From Cycas panzhihuaensis (taxonomy: Eukaryota > Plantae > Cycadophyta), in contig CM041465.1 of the NCBI GenBank assembly GCA_023213395.1, positions 20,894,001 through 20,958,000 of the forward strand: a DNA stretch of 64,000 bases, given 5' to 3'. The notes under the pieces are model-generated. The model had not been told where the DNA came from and searched no databases. It was given only the letters and a program-made list of their open reading frames with translations. Shown piece after piece: positions 40,329 through 53,950 of the stretch. Position numbers and translations under genes: made by a program. Each line of letters starts with the position of its first letter. Position 1 is the stretch's first letter.

Positions 40329-42738
40329 TGATATCTTGTTTTCTTTAGACTAGGTATCTCTTTAGTAAATCTTGTTTAGCAAAATCAAACACAAAAGAGG
40401 ATAGAGGGCAATTAATCTAAAGAGGTAAAACACCTATACCAACTCTTATGAAGGAGTCTTTAATTACTTATGTATGTGATTCCTAATAGGTGTAAAACAC
40501 CTATACCAACAAGATAAATATATACAAATAAAAGAAATAAGATTATGAGTAGCAACTAAAAAACATCTTTCATTTTCATAGGATGATAAACCACATGCAT
40601 GTGAAAATAGAAATAGATAAACAACATAAGTAATGAAGGAGATCTAAATTCAAAAACTACACTTACAGTTATCTTATTTACAATGTACTCTTACTTCTCA
40701 TTTTACTTTTTAAAGTATATTTGATAACATGTAAGAAGATATCAATCAAAGTATTATGCAACCTTTATATTCTTATAACAAAGGATATACAATGTCATGC
40801 ATGAAAGATACAAGAAAGCTTTTTTTTCTTTCCCTTTTAATGAAGTGAGTGGAACAAGGAAGGAGAGAAAAACTATCAAAGAAATAAGTTCATAACAAGA
40901 AATGATTTCCTTCAACTTTCCTTTGATTCCAACTTTACAACAATTTTACCTTTGAAAAAGGAGAGTAAATTCCTAAAAAAAAAAAAAAGATATACATACC
41001 TAGAGAAAAGGAGTTTAGAGTTAATCTAATTCCTCTTTTGTTAAAGATCTCTCTTTTGCATATAAGGTATGTTTAATTGGAGAGAAGTTTCAAAGAGAAT
41101 ATATCTAAATGAAGAACCATTTAAAAGGATTTTATTACATGCAATATAGGAATCAAGATAAAATATTTTTTAATGATAATATGGAAGCTAAAAGATTTGC
41201 ATGTAAAAAGAAAAATAAAGGATGATGAAGATCTACAAATGTAGATCAAGACTTTCTAATGAAGTTACATAAACTAAAATGACATACACACATAATGATG
41301 ATGAAGAAACTCCACTTTCAAAGAAACAAAAAAAGGTCACATGCATACACATATATTTTTATTTTTTTTCTTCTAATTAAAATATCCAAATCAAAGAAAT
41401 AAACTAACTTACTTGAGAAATAGATGAAATTAGTGAAGTGTGCCTTAGCATGGTATCAAAATTCTTACTATATCTCATCATCTAATCCTTGAAATCATGA
41501 GAGTGGAAGCAAGATGAAAACATATTTGAAAAATAAGAAAAATCTATAAGCCAATGTAATAGAACTTGGAAGAAAATGACTATAATGGGAGGATGAATAA
41601 AGGGACCTGAGAATTAAGTAGAGAATAGGGTGAATATAGCCCTGTATTCTCCTTAATAGGTCTAGCTTAAGCTTATAAAGATTGGTTCTCATTCAAATTG
41701 CTAATACTATAGAGAAAAACTCATCTATAATCTCATAGAAAAATGGATAAAAGATAGCACAAATCACTAATAAATCACCAAGACCAAGATAGTTTATATT
41801 AAGGAGTAATATTATCAATTTATGAGAGGAAGAATAGATGATTAGAAAATTCTCTAGAAGTGTCTAGAATTGCAACAATTTGATGTAATTCATACAAAAT
41901 CTTAAAAATCCAATATTCTCTTTAATTGAGGGCCTTGAGGCATTTGGAGGGAAGTGGCAATGATCTCCTACAAATCTAGGTGGCAGTATCCAAGAATAGA
42001 AGGTAATCAACATTCCTTACTAAAAAAAATTATGAATGACATAGTAAAAAATATGACTTCCTTCATAAAACATGATTATCACATTTTATAAAGGTCCAAA
42101 TATGCAATTTTATTCATAAAGTATGATGGTCATATTTTATGAATAAAGTCATGTTTTTAATTATACTAAAAATATAATAAATAAGAAAAAGTTAAAAATA
42201 AAAGATGACAAATAAAAATTTCTCAAATAAATTAGCCTGTAAGAGATATTTGGTTAAAATATTGAATGATATAACCCAAAAAAGGAACTCAAGGCACAAA
42301 ACTAAGATGAAGAATATGACAAATAAATGAAATAATGCTAAAATTAAAAGAAATAAAACAAATAAGGATCAAAATTTAAGATTAGATGACTTAGAATAGG
42401 AAAGAATTAAATCATAACACTATAATATCAATCATCAACACATGTAGATCATCATCATATATAGTACATCACTCAGTCATTATATTAGAATGAAAATTTA
42501 ACATGATACAAATATCAAAGCTAATATAATTGCAATCAAGACCATGATATAATGAATCAAGTACCAAGCAATGACTTCATATAATAAAGTAAAAATAATT
42601 CATATGTATACTAAAGTCTATAAATAATCAATTAGTAGCACACATCTAAATCAAATAAAAGACCTAATTTTGATAAAATAACTATGCATGATGTGTACAT
42701 TCTAATAAGATATCATAGTTAAATTAATAATTTCAACA
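40329..42738 (-). repeat. Tat-4 5' LTR (about 2.4 kb)
   Basis: TG...CA ends; left end abuts the PBS, right end abuts a truncated Copia LTR; AAAACGCG-derived motif cluster at about 42045-42150. Confidence 0.7.
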
Positions 42739-42854
42739 CCCCTTAGTTATTGTATTTTAGTTACTATTTAATATTATTATGAGTTTGTGAGTCATTAGGG
42801 GTTACACTACTCATCTCATATGTGTTGATCTTTAGGGATCAATATTCCATTTTA

Positions 42855-42897
<43 letters not shown>

Positions 42898-43029
42898 TAA
42901 TTATGCATTGTAAAGAGAGAAGAATTTATATAATGAGATTTAATTTTTAATTTATAAAAAATAGTTATTTTAAATTGAATAGGTTAATTCATCCCATTTT
43001 AGTTTTCTCTATACTTTTAAATTTCTACA
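42739..43029 (+). repeat. 5'-truncated Copia LTR followed by decayed iMet PBS (43030-43041)
   Basis: Roughly 80-85% similar to 59433-59700; ends TTCTACA then TGGTTTTATAGC. Confidence 0.8.
42859..42895. repeat. (TA)n microsatellite, about 18 units
   Basis: Perfect TA run within the LTR. Confidence 0.98.
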
Positions 43030-43417
43030 TGGTTTTATAGCATGTTTAAGTATAATATTAGCTTAGTATGGGGCCTGTAATAGGTAATGTTAATATTGTA
43101 TATTAGTATATGAGTATGTTATATTAATTATATCTCTATTATATACTTTATTCAATTTATTAGTTGAGATATTTTGTAGTTATATAGTATATAATTAAGA
43201 GATGTTGTAAGGATGATTCTATAGGTTCAAATATGTTCAATGGCTATTTTCTAAAGTAGAGGCACTCCTTTATAATATCTATTTCTAAATATAAACATTG
43301 AAGTACTATCAAGTAGATATATAAAGTTACTATTCTCAAGGGGAAGATACTGGAATCACATCTACGGGATGGTCTTCTATGGTTAGAAGGATATAACTAT
43401 CTAAGGTATGATCAGGC

Positions 43418-46069
43418 TATAGATGGGATCCTAACGACAAGAAAGAACACCATGCAGGGTGTCTGTGCACTGGAGCATGGATTCGGGACCCGCGAATGGT
43501 GCCCAATTACCTTAGGGTAATCTTTGGAAAGAGGACGCAAGGCGAGACCTTGGGTCATCCCAAAGGAGGAGGCCCACCTACCCCTTGGATGGTTGGGAAG
43601 AGGAAGGGGCACTCTAGGAAGTTGCGTCTTCTGATGGGAGGGAGAAGGCAATGTGCAAGTAGGTGTGTGTGAGATACGATGACCTAACTCAAACGGGAGA
43701 GGGATGTAGACTAAGTTTAGGTTGTTATGTGATAAGTAAAGCAAGTACACTAAAAGAACCAAATGCAAGTCTAGAGACAGATGGTTCTACATGTGGGCTA
43801 GATGGGGCTTAAGGGGTGTGCGACTCACGCCTAAGTCTTATCTACACATGATATGAACAACTACTGAAAAGAATTTATAAATGCAAAAAAAAGTGTCTTC
43901 ATTCCCTTTTTATCTCCTATGTGGCTTTAACATGCAAAGTTTACATAAAAGAAACATGGTAGAAAAAAGATAAAGAAGAGAAAAGGAGTACCTAGAAGAG
44001 AAGCATGGTTGAAACAGCACGCCCTTCCGCTCCTTACACACTTGTCCACTTGTACTTGCCACGCGGGTGTGGGGCTAGTTGACGATGGTTGCTAGAAATA
44101 GACAAGGGGCTACCTTACCTTCCCCAATATGTGAAAGCAAAGTAATAAAAAAAGGAAGCAAAGAAGGAACCAAAAGTACTACTAGCTAGGGACTCACCTA
44201 TCAAAGATGTCTACTCCTTTCGTACTTTCACTACCGCAAACCTGCCAATCACAAAACAAAGGTTTCTCCCTCCTGGAGGAGGGGGCTGCCAAATATGCCT
44301 AATATGTATATGAATACAAGATATAACTAGTAATTCAAGTTGAAAATAATACACTCTACTCCAAAACCACCAAGCAAAACTCAAATCTAAGTAACACCAA
44401 GCAATGACTAAGATAAGGAGGTTAGCCTCAGAATAGCCAACCTACCTGCAAGTACCTCCATATAGCCTTAATGGGGAAAAACCAGAGTATGATGCTATTT
44501 GGGATAGCAAGCAGAAAAGACAATGAATCAATAGAATGGTGCACAGATAGACCTAAGAGATGAAGTGCTATGGGCAGCAAATCATAAGGTTAGGGCAAGC
44601 CAAGGATCAAGAACTAAACCAGGATAAATTTGGGGGGCTTATGTGATGCCCCAAAACCTGAGAGTGCAGGTCTAAAACTAGCATGGTAAGGGCTGCCAAC
44701 GTTGTTTTCATAACTGAAAATGGGCTCTCACTATCCCTAGCCCAACTCCAGAGAGAGGCATGGAGTGGAAGAGGAAGGAAGGGAAGGGTAAACCCTTGGG
44801 GAGAAGGCCAACATGGGGATGGATCCCACCTTTCTTCCTTCACCCAACCTTATGCAGCCCTCTTGCACAGCCACCCTAGAGTGGGCTTGCGGGAGAAGAG
44901 AGGAGAAATACTACAAGATAGGGAGCAAAAGGCAAGCTCCTCTGAAATGAATGGGGAAGAGAAAAGATTAACTCAAAACTTCTCATAAAGAAAAGGAAAA
45001 AACTAGGGAAACTTAAAGGACTTTGAAGGAGTACCTGTAAGGAAGAAGGAGGGAGCCTTATTCTGCCAAAAATTAGAGGGGAAAACCTATGTCAAATAGG
45101 CTTTTTAGACCTAGGCTGAAGGGGAGGCAAATGTGGATGCCACTCTTAGTTCCTGGAGTTTGCTTGTTGATACGCTGTAAATACTCTCCTTCCATGAAAT
45201 AGACCTACAAAAAGAAGCTTGGAGCCACTGGAGTAGGGCCTAAGATGCAGCAGATGCACCTATGGAAGAGGAGCCAAAGCAGAGGAGCTGATCCTGAGGA
45301 GGTTGCCGAGTGAGCGCTGGAGTAGAGAGCAAAAAATGAGTGAAGAAGAGGAGCAAATGGCTTTGTTTTTGGGTTTTATACTCACCCCAACCCTAAACGA
45401 ACATTTAGGGTTACGGAGGGGGTGAGTACTCAAGGGTGCCACATGGAAATTCCATGAAAAGAGTGGGAATCACTGAGGTGGTTTAAAAAAATGAGTTTAA
45501 ACAATCGCACCATGACAAACTTCGCGGTACCATGGCAAACTTCATGGTACCGCTTAGTTTACAGTGGTGCAGGACTAAAAGTCAAAATGAAGGCAGAACC
45601 AAGGCCTAGAGCCAAATAGAGGGGTGTGCAGAGGCCTAGCAGGCTGGGAGCTCATGCCTAGGTGGCTGACAAGTGGCCAAAAGAGAGAAATGAGTCTCAA
45701 GGGAGGTCCTATCGCACCTATAAGGGGACTCAAAGTGGTGATAGGAGTGTTGATGCGAATAGATCATGACCAACAACCATGTTTGAGGAGTTGTGGAGGT
45801 GTTGCAAACAGCTGAGTGCCATATGGGATGAATGACTCACTGAGGAGTGCCCCATGGTGGGTCGTCATAGGCTGAATAGTGTGTAACAGGCATAGGCAAC
45901 GTGATCAAGCAGAGAAGGCAATGCGATCACACAAATGGCAAGGAAGCGTATATCAAACAACACTCTAAACAACTTCTACCAAGCGATAGCAAGGATGAAA
46001 GTGAGAAGTATATACCTGTGCTTACTTGAGTCAACCTGTCTCAAGTCTATTCCTAGTAGTTGGGAAACA
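43418..46069 (-). repeat. Solo LTR related to LTR A/B ('LTR C'), less deaminated; left end 43418 or 43206
   Basis: Minus strand starts TGTTTCCCAACTACTAGGAAT; 3' end shares the GCGGGTCC..GCACAGACACC block; TATAAAA near 45375; 20-bp array at 45508-45554. Confidence 0.7.
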
Positions 46070-46580
46070 GATACTAAATAATAAGCTAGATATTCTTGTT
46101 CTTATTTTAATGGTGTAATTTTCAAACAAGTTGAAGATACCTATTCATACATTTGGTATGTGAGACTCCACATGGTACCAAGTTATGGTATTTCTAGTAA
46201 ACAATATTTTCTAAATGCTCCTACATTAATACAACATATTTTGAGCCTTAAATGTCACATTATAAGACAACAAACAATGACATATGAGAACTCCTTAAAA
46301 TCACATTCATATATTATGATTTTAACTCTATTTAAATGTAAAAACTACCATTGGTAAATAAGTTTTTTAATGGTATTTAAAACCATTAATAGATACCTAT
46401 TGAAAGGGCAATAAATTTAGTGATTAGGCTACTAAAAGTGTTGATAAACCTCTCATTGTTCCTATGTTAAGACCTAACCATAGTGGTGCCATAATTGAAG
46501 CAATAATCTAGTACTATGGGAAAATTCCACTGTTACATACCAATAAAAAGTGAATAAATAATAAACAATACATAAACTAA

Positions 46581-49302
46581 TGTTGAAAGCTAAGACACCT
46601 TAGGAATATTTAAAAAGAGTAGATCTATCCTTCATTTCCATGCACTAAACACAAAGGAAAATATGGGAGCAAGAGAGACTTGATAGAAAGAGAGTATCTC
46701 TCGTAAAATGGGGAGGTAAGAATGAGCCTCTTCCATTGAGATTTTACTTTTATATTAAGAGAGGGAGCATTAGAATGAGGTGAAATGAAATTACACATAA
46801 TGCACATAGAAGTGCATTTTACATAAGTGATCTAATTTAAAGTTCACTTAAGATCCCTTTTAGAAATAATCAACTAATGTAATGACCTTGTGATATTAAC
46901 TTGTTTCAATCTCCCCCTTAATGGTAGAAGGTCATTTCATCCTATTTTATTCTATCCTATGAGGTCTTTATTTGAGCCTCTTACAAAGCAAGCTATTATA
47001 ACACTTTTGTGGCAAATCCTCTTGGGGAAGAAAACCTAAATATTTTCTAATCTACTAACCCAACTTAGGCATCTCTTTAAATAAAGCTAGATAGACAATT
47101 AATATAATGAATTTTATAGCTGAAATCTACTAAGTCTCTATATACTATTTGGTCATCCCCCATGCCCTTTTAGGTTTTCACAGGTTTTAATTTTCTAAAA
47201 TGATACAACCCTTATCCTTTCACTCCCACAAGGGGTTTTCATGAATGGGATAGATCAGATACTTACTCTTTTCCTTCAATGCCTATAAGGGCTTTTCACG
47301 AATGAGATAGAGTATGATGATCATATTGTCATCTCCTTTAATTAGTTGGAGATGGAGGCCCTAAGGCTGAGTTACCTTCAAAACTATTCAAACTTCATCC
47401 TCTTCAGTGGTTTAGTGAAGATATTAGCTACTTGATATGTTGTGAGATAATACTCTAATTGAATTATTCCATCATAAATTAGTTCTCTAATCCTATGGAC
47501 TTTTGTACTTATGTATTTAGTACGAGCATAAAATATAGGATTTTTAGCCATTTAGATTGTAGATTGATTATCTACATGTAAGCTAGTAGAACTTGTTTAG
47601 GTGGCATTTAATATATTCAATAATTTTCTAAGCCATATCACCTCCTTGCTTGTCTTAGAAGCAGTAATATATTTAGCTTTGGTAGTTGAGTCTACAACTA
47701 TCTTTTGTCATCAAGATCTCTATGATATTCATGCTATTCTAAGAAATGTTATATACCTAGATATAGATCTTTCTATATCTTTATCTTCCATGTTATTATC
47801 CTATGTATGCATCAAGTTTAAATCTTGTATTAGGTTCATACAATAGAATATATTTGTTAGTTGTGTTTAGGTATCTCAACACTCGTATTACAACTTGGTA
47901 GTGATTCTTCTTAGGATTTATCACGAATCTTATAAGAATACTAATAGAGTGTGTAATATATGGCCTTGTGTTGGTAGTATAGATGAGACTGCCTATAAGT
48001 TACCTATAGAGTATTGCATCTGCCTCCCTAGTGTTACCGTCAGCTAAGAGTTCAATATTAGGTTCCATAGGTGTAGCCACCGGTCAAGCACCTTCCAACT
48101 AAAACTTTGTTAGAAGATTGTTGATATATTTTTCTTAGGAGAGAAAGATTTTTCCATTCTCTTGAGTTACTTTAATTTCCAAGTAATATTTCATCAACCT
48201 GAGTTCAAATAATTTAAAAGTTTTAGTAAGGTCTTTCTTCAGTTGGTTGATTACTTGTTCGCTATTCCCTATTATTAGCATATCATCCATAAAGATTAAG
48301 AGATAAGTGATTTTATCATTTTGGCACTTGATGAATATTATTGCATCAATATCTTGATAGTCAGAAACCTCATAACCAAGTTGCCTCATTCTTTTAGACA
48401 ACTTGGTAAACCAAGCATAAGGGGCTTGTTTTAGGCCATAAAAGGATTTTTTGAGCCTACAAACCTTATGCTTCTAACCGAAAATCTCGTATCTTTCTAG
48501 ATGACCCATGTAAATTTCTTCTTTAAGGTCCCCATTGAGAAGTGTAGTCTTAACATCGAGTTGGTGGATTTTCTAACTTTGTTGAGTAAGCAAAGCTATA
48601 AGAGTTCTGATTGTAGGCCACTTGGTTGTAGAAGCAAAGATTTTAGTGTAGTCAATGCCTTCCCTTTACATAAGTCCTTTCTCTACCAACATCACCTTGT
48701 GTTTTTCTAGGATGCCATCTAATATGTTCTTATTTTTGAACACCCATTTATTTTAAACTACCTTACTTCCAAGTGGTAGATCAATAAGCTCCCATGTACC
48801 ATTCTTGATAAGAGATTGGTACTCTTCATTCATGGTATTTCTCCAAGCTACATGCTTTATAGATTCTTGGTATGTTAGGGGCTCTTATTAAGAGCAATAT
48901 GTAATTCTACTTGTTTAAGCTCAAGAGAAAGTGATTCATGTATCCTTAATCTATGGACACTTCTAGTGCTAGTTTTGCCTATCTCATCTAGTCGCATGTC
49001 CTTGTGTAGCTAGTAGGCTTCACAAAAACCTCAAGTTAGGAATGCGATTTTTATTTCCTTAGCCTCTTTGTCTTCATTTTGATCCTAAAAATGGTCATTT
49101 GAAATGCTTAACATAGAGGAAGTTGATGATGTTGGAGAAGATGGGTCAACCACTGATGTTGGAGAAGATGGTCCTTCTACTATGGCTTTACCTTTGTCAA
49201 CTTAGCTATTCACAAATGATGGTGCTAGATGTGTACATAAAGTTCACTTAAGACCCTTTTTAGAAATAATCCACTAATGTAATGACCTTGGAGCTTGTTT
49301 CT
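46581..49302 (-). mobile_element. Internally deleted Copia 'Copia-4' (3' LTR about 46581-46908, PPT, RH/RT, stub of 5' LTR)
   Basis: PPT TTAAGGGGGAGAT at 46909-46921; RT LLIFMDDML and LYGLKQAP-like motif; 49239-49302 repeats 46839-46908; no TSD found. Confidence 0.8.
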
Positions 49303-49687
49303 GTGTTCCTCCAGAATGCCCATTGACATTTGGGATAAAGACTAAACCTATATAAACTTATCATGAGCACCCACTGTTGAGACCTAATGGAGATGAAATT
49401 TAATGCCTATAATATATATGCACTATGTAATCTTCATATACACTAAAATTTTAATTTTAAAATCCTTTTAACAATCATCCAATGGCTAATGCACTTAATT
49501 AGTGATTTTTACATGCACTGATATATAAGAAGGACATCATAATATCAATATTCACTTACCAATCATGATTATAATCTTAGAGGAAATATTAATACCCATG
49601 TAAACATTATTTTTTGATAAGAAGGAATAATCTCATGCCTTTTTGAGAAAATATTCCTTAGGAATATTATGATTAGACCTTGACCAA

Positions 49688-49885
49688 TGTTAAAATTAGG
49701 CTTCTTTGATTGATGAGGAAGAAAACCAATTAATTATTATGTGAGGAAATCCTCTTTTTTATACATTAGACTATGGAACTGTTACATGGTTATTACAACT
49801 AAACATGTAGATCAAGTATAATAAGGGTTTAATTACATTACCCCTCTTCTTTAATAGTCCTAAGATAAAACATTATACTCTAACG
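49688..49885 (-). repeat. Copia-2 3' LTR
   Basis: Direct repeat of 54676-54873. Confidence 0.95.
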
Positions 49886-49899
49886 CTCTCTCTTAATAT

Positions 49900-52800
49900 T
49901 TTATCCTTTTTAATACTATTCTTTCTCTAAGAATTTAAAACTTGACTCTACTAAGAGATTTTATTAAAATATCTACAACCTAACTTATTGTGGGATAATA
50001 TATTAGATCACTCTCTTTACTTTGCATCTTTTCCTGGATGAAGTGATGATGTACTTCTATGTGCTTTATTCATGCATGTAGAATAGGATTTCTAGTCAAC
50101 TTTATTGCATTCTAATTATAATAAAATAATGTTATTGGCTCTTATTACAATTGATTCATATCCATTAATAGTTGTCTGAGCCAGAGTGCTTCACATGTTA
50201 TGCTGACTATCAATTTGTATTTTGCTTCAGTTGATGAAAGAGAAATTATTGGTTACTTTTTATTGCACTAAGAAATGGTAGTTGAGCCTAAGAAGAAACA
50301 ATATCCATTGGTAGATCTCCTAGTCTCTTTATCTCCTGCCCAATTAGAGTCACAATACCAAACCAATTAATTTGAATTCTCTTTATTGTATACTAGTTTT
50401 AGGTCTACAATACCTTTTAGGTAACTAAGTATCCCTTTAGTAGCCTTCTAATGTTTCATTTTTGGTTCCTATATGTATTTGGAAACTAGACCTATTGAAT
50501 GTGAGATGTCAGATCTTATGGTAATGAGATAAATAAGACTTCTAATTAACAATCTATAAAGAGTGCTATCAACTATAGGTTCTCCTTCATCTGGGACTAG
50601 ATTATAGTTTACTTCCATAGGAGTTACACATTCATTGTAGTTCTCCATATAAAATTTAACTAAAAAATCTATGATGTATTTACCTTATGAAAGTATAATT
50701 GACTCTTCATTTTGTTTAATTTCTATTCTTAGATAGTACTTTAAGGAACCTAAATCTATCATTTCAAAATCCTTTTCTAGCTTACTCTTTATATTTGAGA
50801 TAGATTTGGTGTCATCTATAGTAAGAATCATGTCATCAACATAGATAATAATGATTAATATTTTGTTATTATTTTTCTTTTACATAAAGGCTGGAACCAG
50901 AATTGCACCTATGGAATCCATTTTAAGACAAATGTTTGTCTAAATTAGTATACCATACTCTGGGAGTTTGTTTCAATCTGCATAATGCATTTTTAAGTTT
51001 ACATACTAAATGCTCTTGTCCTATCTTGACATAGACTTCTAGTTGCTACATGTAGACTTCTTCCTCTAGATCTCCATTTAAAAAAATACTTTAGACATCT
51101 AGTTGGTAAATTTTCTAATTATTTTAGGCTGCTAGTATAATCATTATTTGGGATGTACTCATTTTAGCCATATGTAAGAATGTTTTATCAAAGCCAATCT
51201 TAACAGTCTAAGTGTGTTCATTTACCACAATTATTACTTTGAATTTTCCTATTCTCCTATTTACATATTCTTTTACCTTGTACACCCAATTGCAATTAAC
51301 TATTGGTTTATTTGGAGGCAAGTTTAGTAGACCAGAAGTTTAATTTTTTGAAATAGCTTTGATTTTTGAATCCATTACTGATCTCCATTTGGCATGCTCC
51401 TTTGCTTCTTTAAATGATTATGTCTATAATCTATTGAAGAGGGCTTGATGTTGTTGACTCTTGGATTTATGTGTAAACTCATTTCATTTTCCTTCTATGG
51501 TTTTGATGTACTATTTTGGTAATTTTTTCTACTTCCTTGGTGCTTCAATAATTGATTCTTTTGATGACTATTCTTCTTTAGTTTAAGGACTAGATTCAAA
51601 TTACTCTAACTTAGTTTCTATAGTTACTCCTGATTCTTCAACAAGAAATTCCTTTTGAGGCTTAATCCTAGGTACTTTAATAGTTTATATCAGAGATTTA
51701 ACCTCTATAGAGATTTCTTCATTAAAGACCACATCCCTACTTACATAAATTTTATTAGTTTTAGGATCTATGCACTTGCATCCCTTTGAATTTTTATTGT
51801 AACCAATCATAATGCATTCTATACATTTTGAATCAAGTTTTGTCCTATTTTTATTTGGAATATGAATAAAATCCTAACTACAAAAAACTTTTAAGTTACA
51901 TTAAGATTCCTTCTTATCCAAGCTTCTCTAGGTATTATCTATTATAATGTTGTGGTCAAACTTTGATTTATTAGATAACACACTAACCTTACTACTTCAA
52001 CCCAATAAGTTCTTAAGATTTATTTTCCATGAATTATACTACATGCCATTTCTATTATAGTTCTATTCTTTCATTTAACAAATCCATTAGACTAAGGCAT
52101 ATAAGAAGTTGTGAATTATCTTTGTATACCTTTACTTTTATAGAAGTCTTTTTTTTTTTGAAATATATTCATCTCTATTATTAGACCTGATATATTTAAT
52201 TTTTCATCTTGATTCTAACTCTACTTCAACTTTCAATTCTTTAAATGTATCAAACACTTCTAACTTATTATTAATAAAGTACTCCCATACCTTCCTAGTG
52301 AAATCATCAATGAAAGTTAAGAAATATATAAATCTATTTATAGATAGTGTTGTTAGAGGAGCACATAAATTTATGTGTATTAGATTGAGTTTTTCTTGAA
52401 CATACCATTCATTAGTTCTAAAGGAAAAATGATATTATTTTCCAAATTGATAACCCTTGCAAACAAAATATTCTAATAAAACAAAAGGAAGCCCATTAAC
52501 TATATTATTCTTTTTCATCATTTCTAGTTTATTTATGGGAAGATTTTCATACTTCAAATGCCACACTTTATTATTATCATTAGAATTTATAACAAGTAAT
52601 GTTTTTACATCTATATTTGGATCAATAAAAATGGATAATAGTTTATATAGGTCATTATCCTTTACCCCCTAGCAATGACTACACTATTATTTTTCATGTC
52701 TAACACATAACACATGCCCTTTTCATTAAATATGGTCCTTAAGCCCTTATAACTTATTTAGGATACTAACAGAAGGTTCATCTTAAGTCCAGGTATAAAA

Positions 52801-53950
52801 TATACATTTCCAATTTTCTTTACACAACCTTGTAAATTCGTAGAAATGGTCCCTTCTCTTTTAATGAAAGGGTACTTATCTCCTAGTTTAATTGATTTTG
52901 AGGAATAGGCTTTGATGGACTTGAACCAATCTTTTCTACTTACCATGTGTCATGATGCTCCTAATTCAATGTACCATACATACTCATCTTTAAAGCTAGT
53001 TGATAGAGTGGCAATGAAGGTAGTTTCTTCTTCCTCTTCCTCTAATTATTCTTTGATGTAATTTCTAGTTGGTCTTTTCCCTCTCTGAATCTTTGCTCTT
53101 CATTGATGACACTGATATGGATAGTGTCCTAGTTGTTCATAGTGATAACAAACATTAAACATATGGTATTATCTTGAAACGTATTTGAGTTTACCATAGT
53201 TGAAGCAGACCTGAGAATCTCTTGGAGGATACATATGACTGTATCTCCTAGTTTTGACCATCTTCCTCATGAAGGAGTCCTAGATTTAGGAGTACATCCT
53301 CTACCTCTAAACTATCCTCTTCCTCTTAAACCTCATATGTTTAATTTCATTACAAAGGCATCTCCTATTTCATTAATATCTTTGTATCTTTTGTTTCTCT
53401 ATTCCTATCTCAACAACATACCAGTCAGTTCATGAAGAGTTATTTCTTCAATTATACTAGTACTAGTTATTGAATTAATGGTTACATCAAATGACTTTAA
53501 GAGTTTTCTTACTACTATTTCAATTATTTCTCTTTTAGATATGGTTGCCCCAATACTTAAGAGTTCATTCTAAATAGTAGTGACTTTATGGATGAAGTCT
53601 GCTACTATTTATGTTTCCTTCATAACCAGTTTAAATAACTCCTCTTTCAAGGTTATAACCCTTGTTCTATTCTTTTCAACATACAAATTTTCAAAAGCCT
53701 TATAAATTTGGAATTAGGAATTTGATTTATTAGTGTATATTAAAAGATGATCATAGACTAATAATTTCAAAATTATTACTCCTAGATTATTCCTTTCTTT
53801 CTAATTTTTCTAGGTATCTCTTTTAGTTTCTAGCATTTTTTTCTTCCTTAATGGTTAATTCCTAGGCATTTTTGGCACCCAATAAGTCTTATATTTTAAT
53901 TCTCTAAATATGGTAATTATTCCTAGTTAATTTATCTTTATTATTATGGC
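49900..53950 (-). pseudogene. Copia-2 gag-pol remnant
   Basis: [42 protein letters not shown]. Confidence 0.9.

Larger units (their letters stand above)
36898..42738 (-). mobile_element. Second Tat-type element 'Tat-4': 5' LTR, PBS, gag, antisense PMD; no pol; 3' LTR not seen
   Basis: LTR 40329-42738, tRNA-Arg-like PBS, gag core, opposite-strand PMD. Confidence 0.7.

Noticed and set aside
43201-43417. TSD GATGT/GATAC defining LTR C as 43206-46069
   Set aside because: Only a 3/5 match, and homology to LTR A/B ends near 43418; boundary left unresolved.
44607-45815. GC-richer ORFs (44683..44988, 45624..45815 and others) as host genes
   Set aside because: They sit inside LTR C and have no recognisable motifs; the higher GC reflects less deamination.
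46340-46560. Possible CACTA subterminal repeats (ccattggtaaa-like)
   Set aside because: Too decayed; no CACTA terminus or 3-bp TSD identified.
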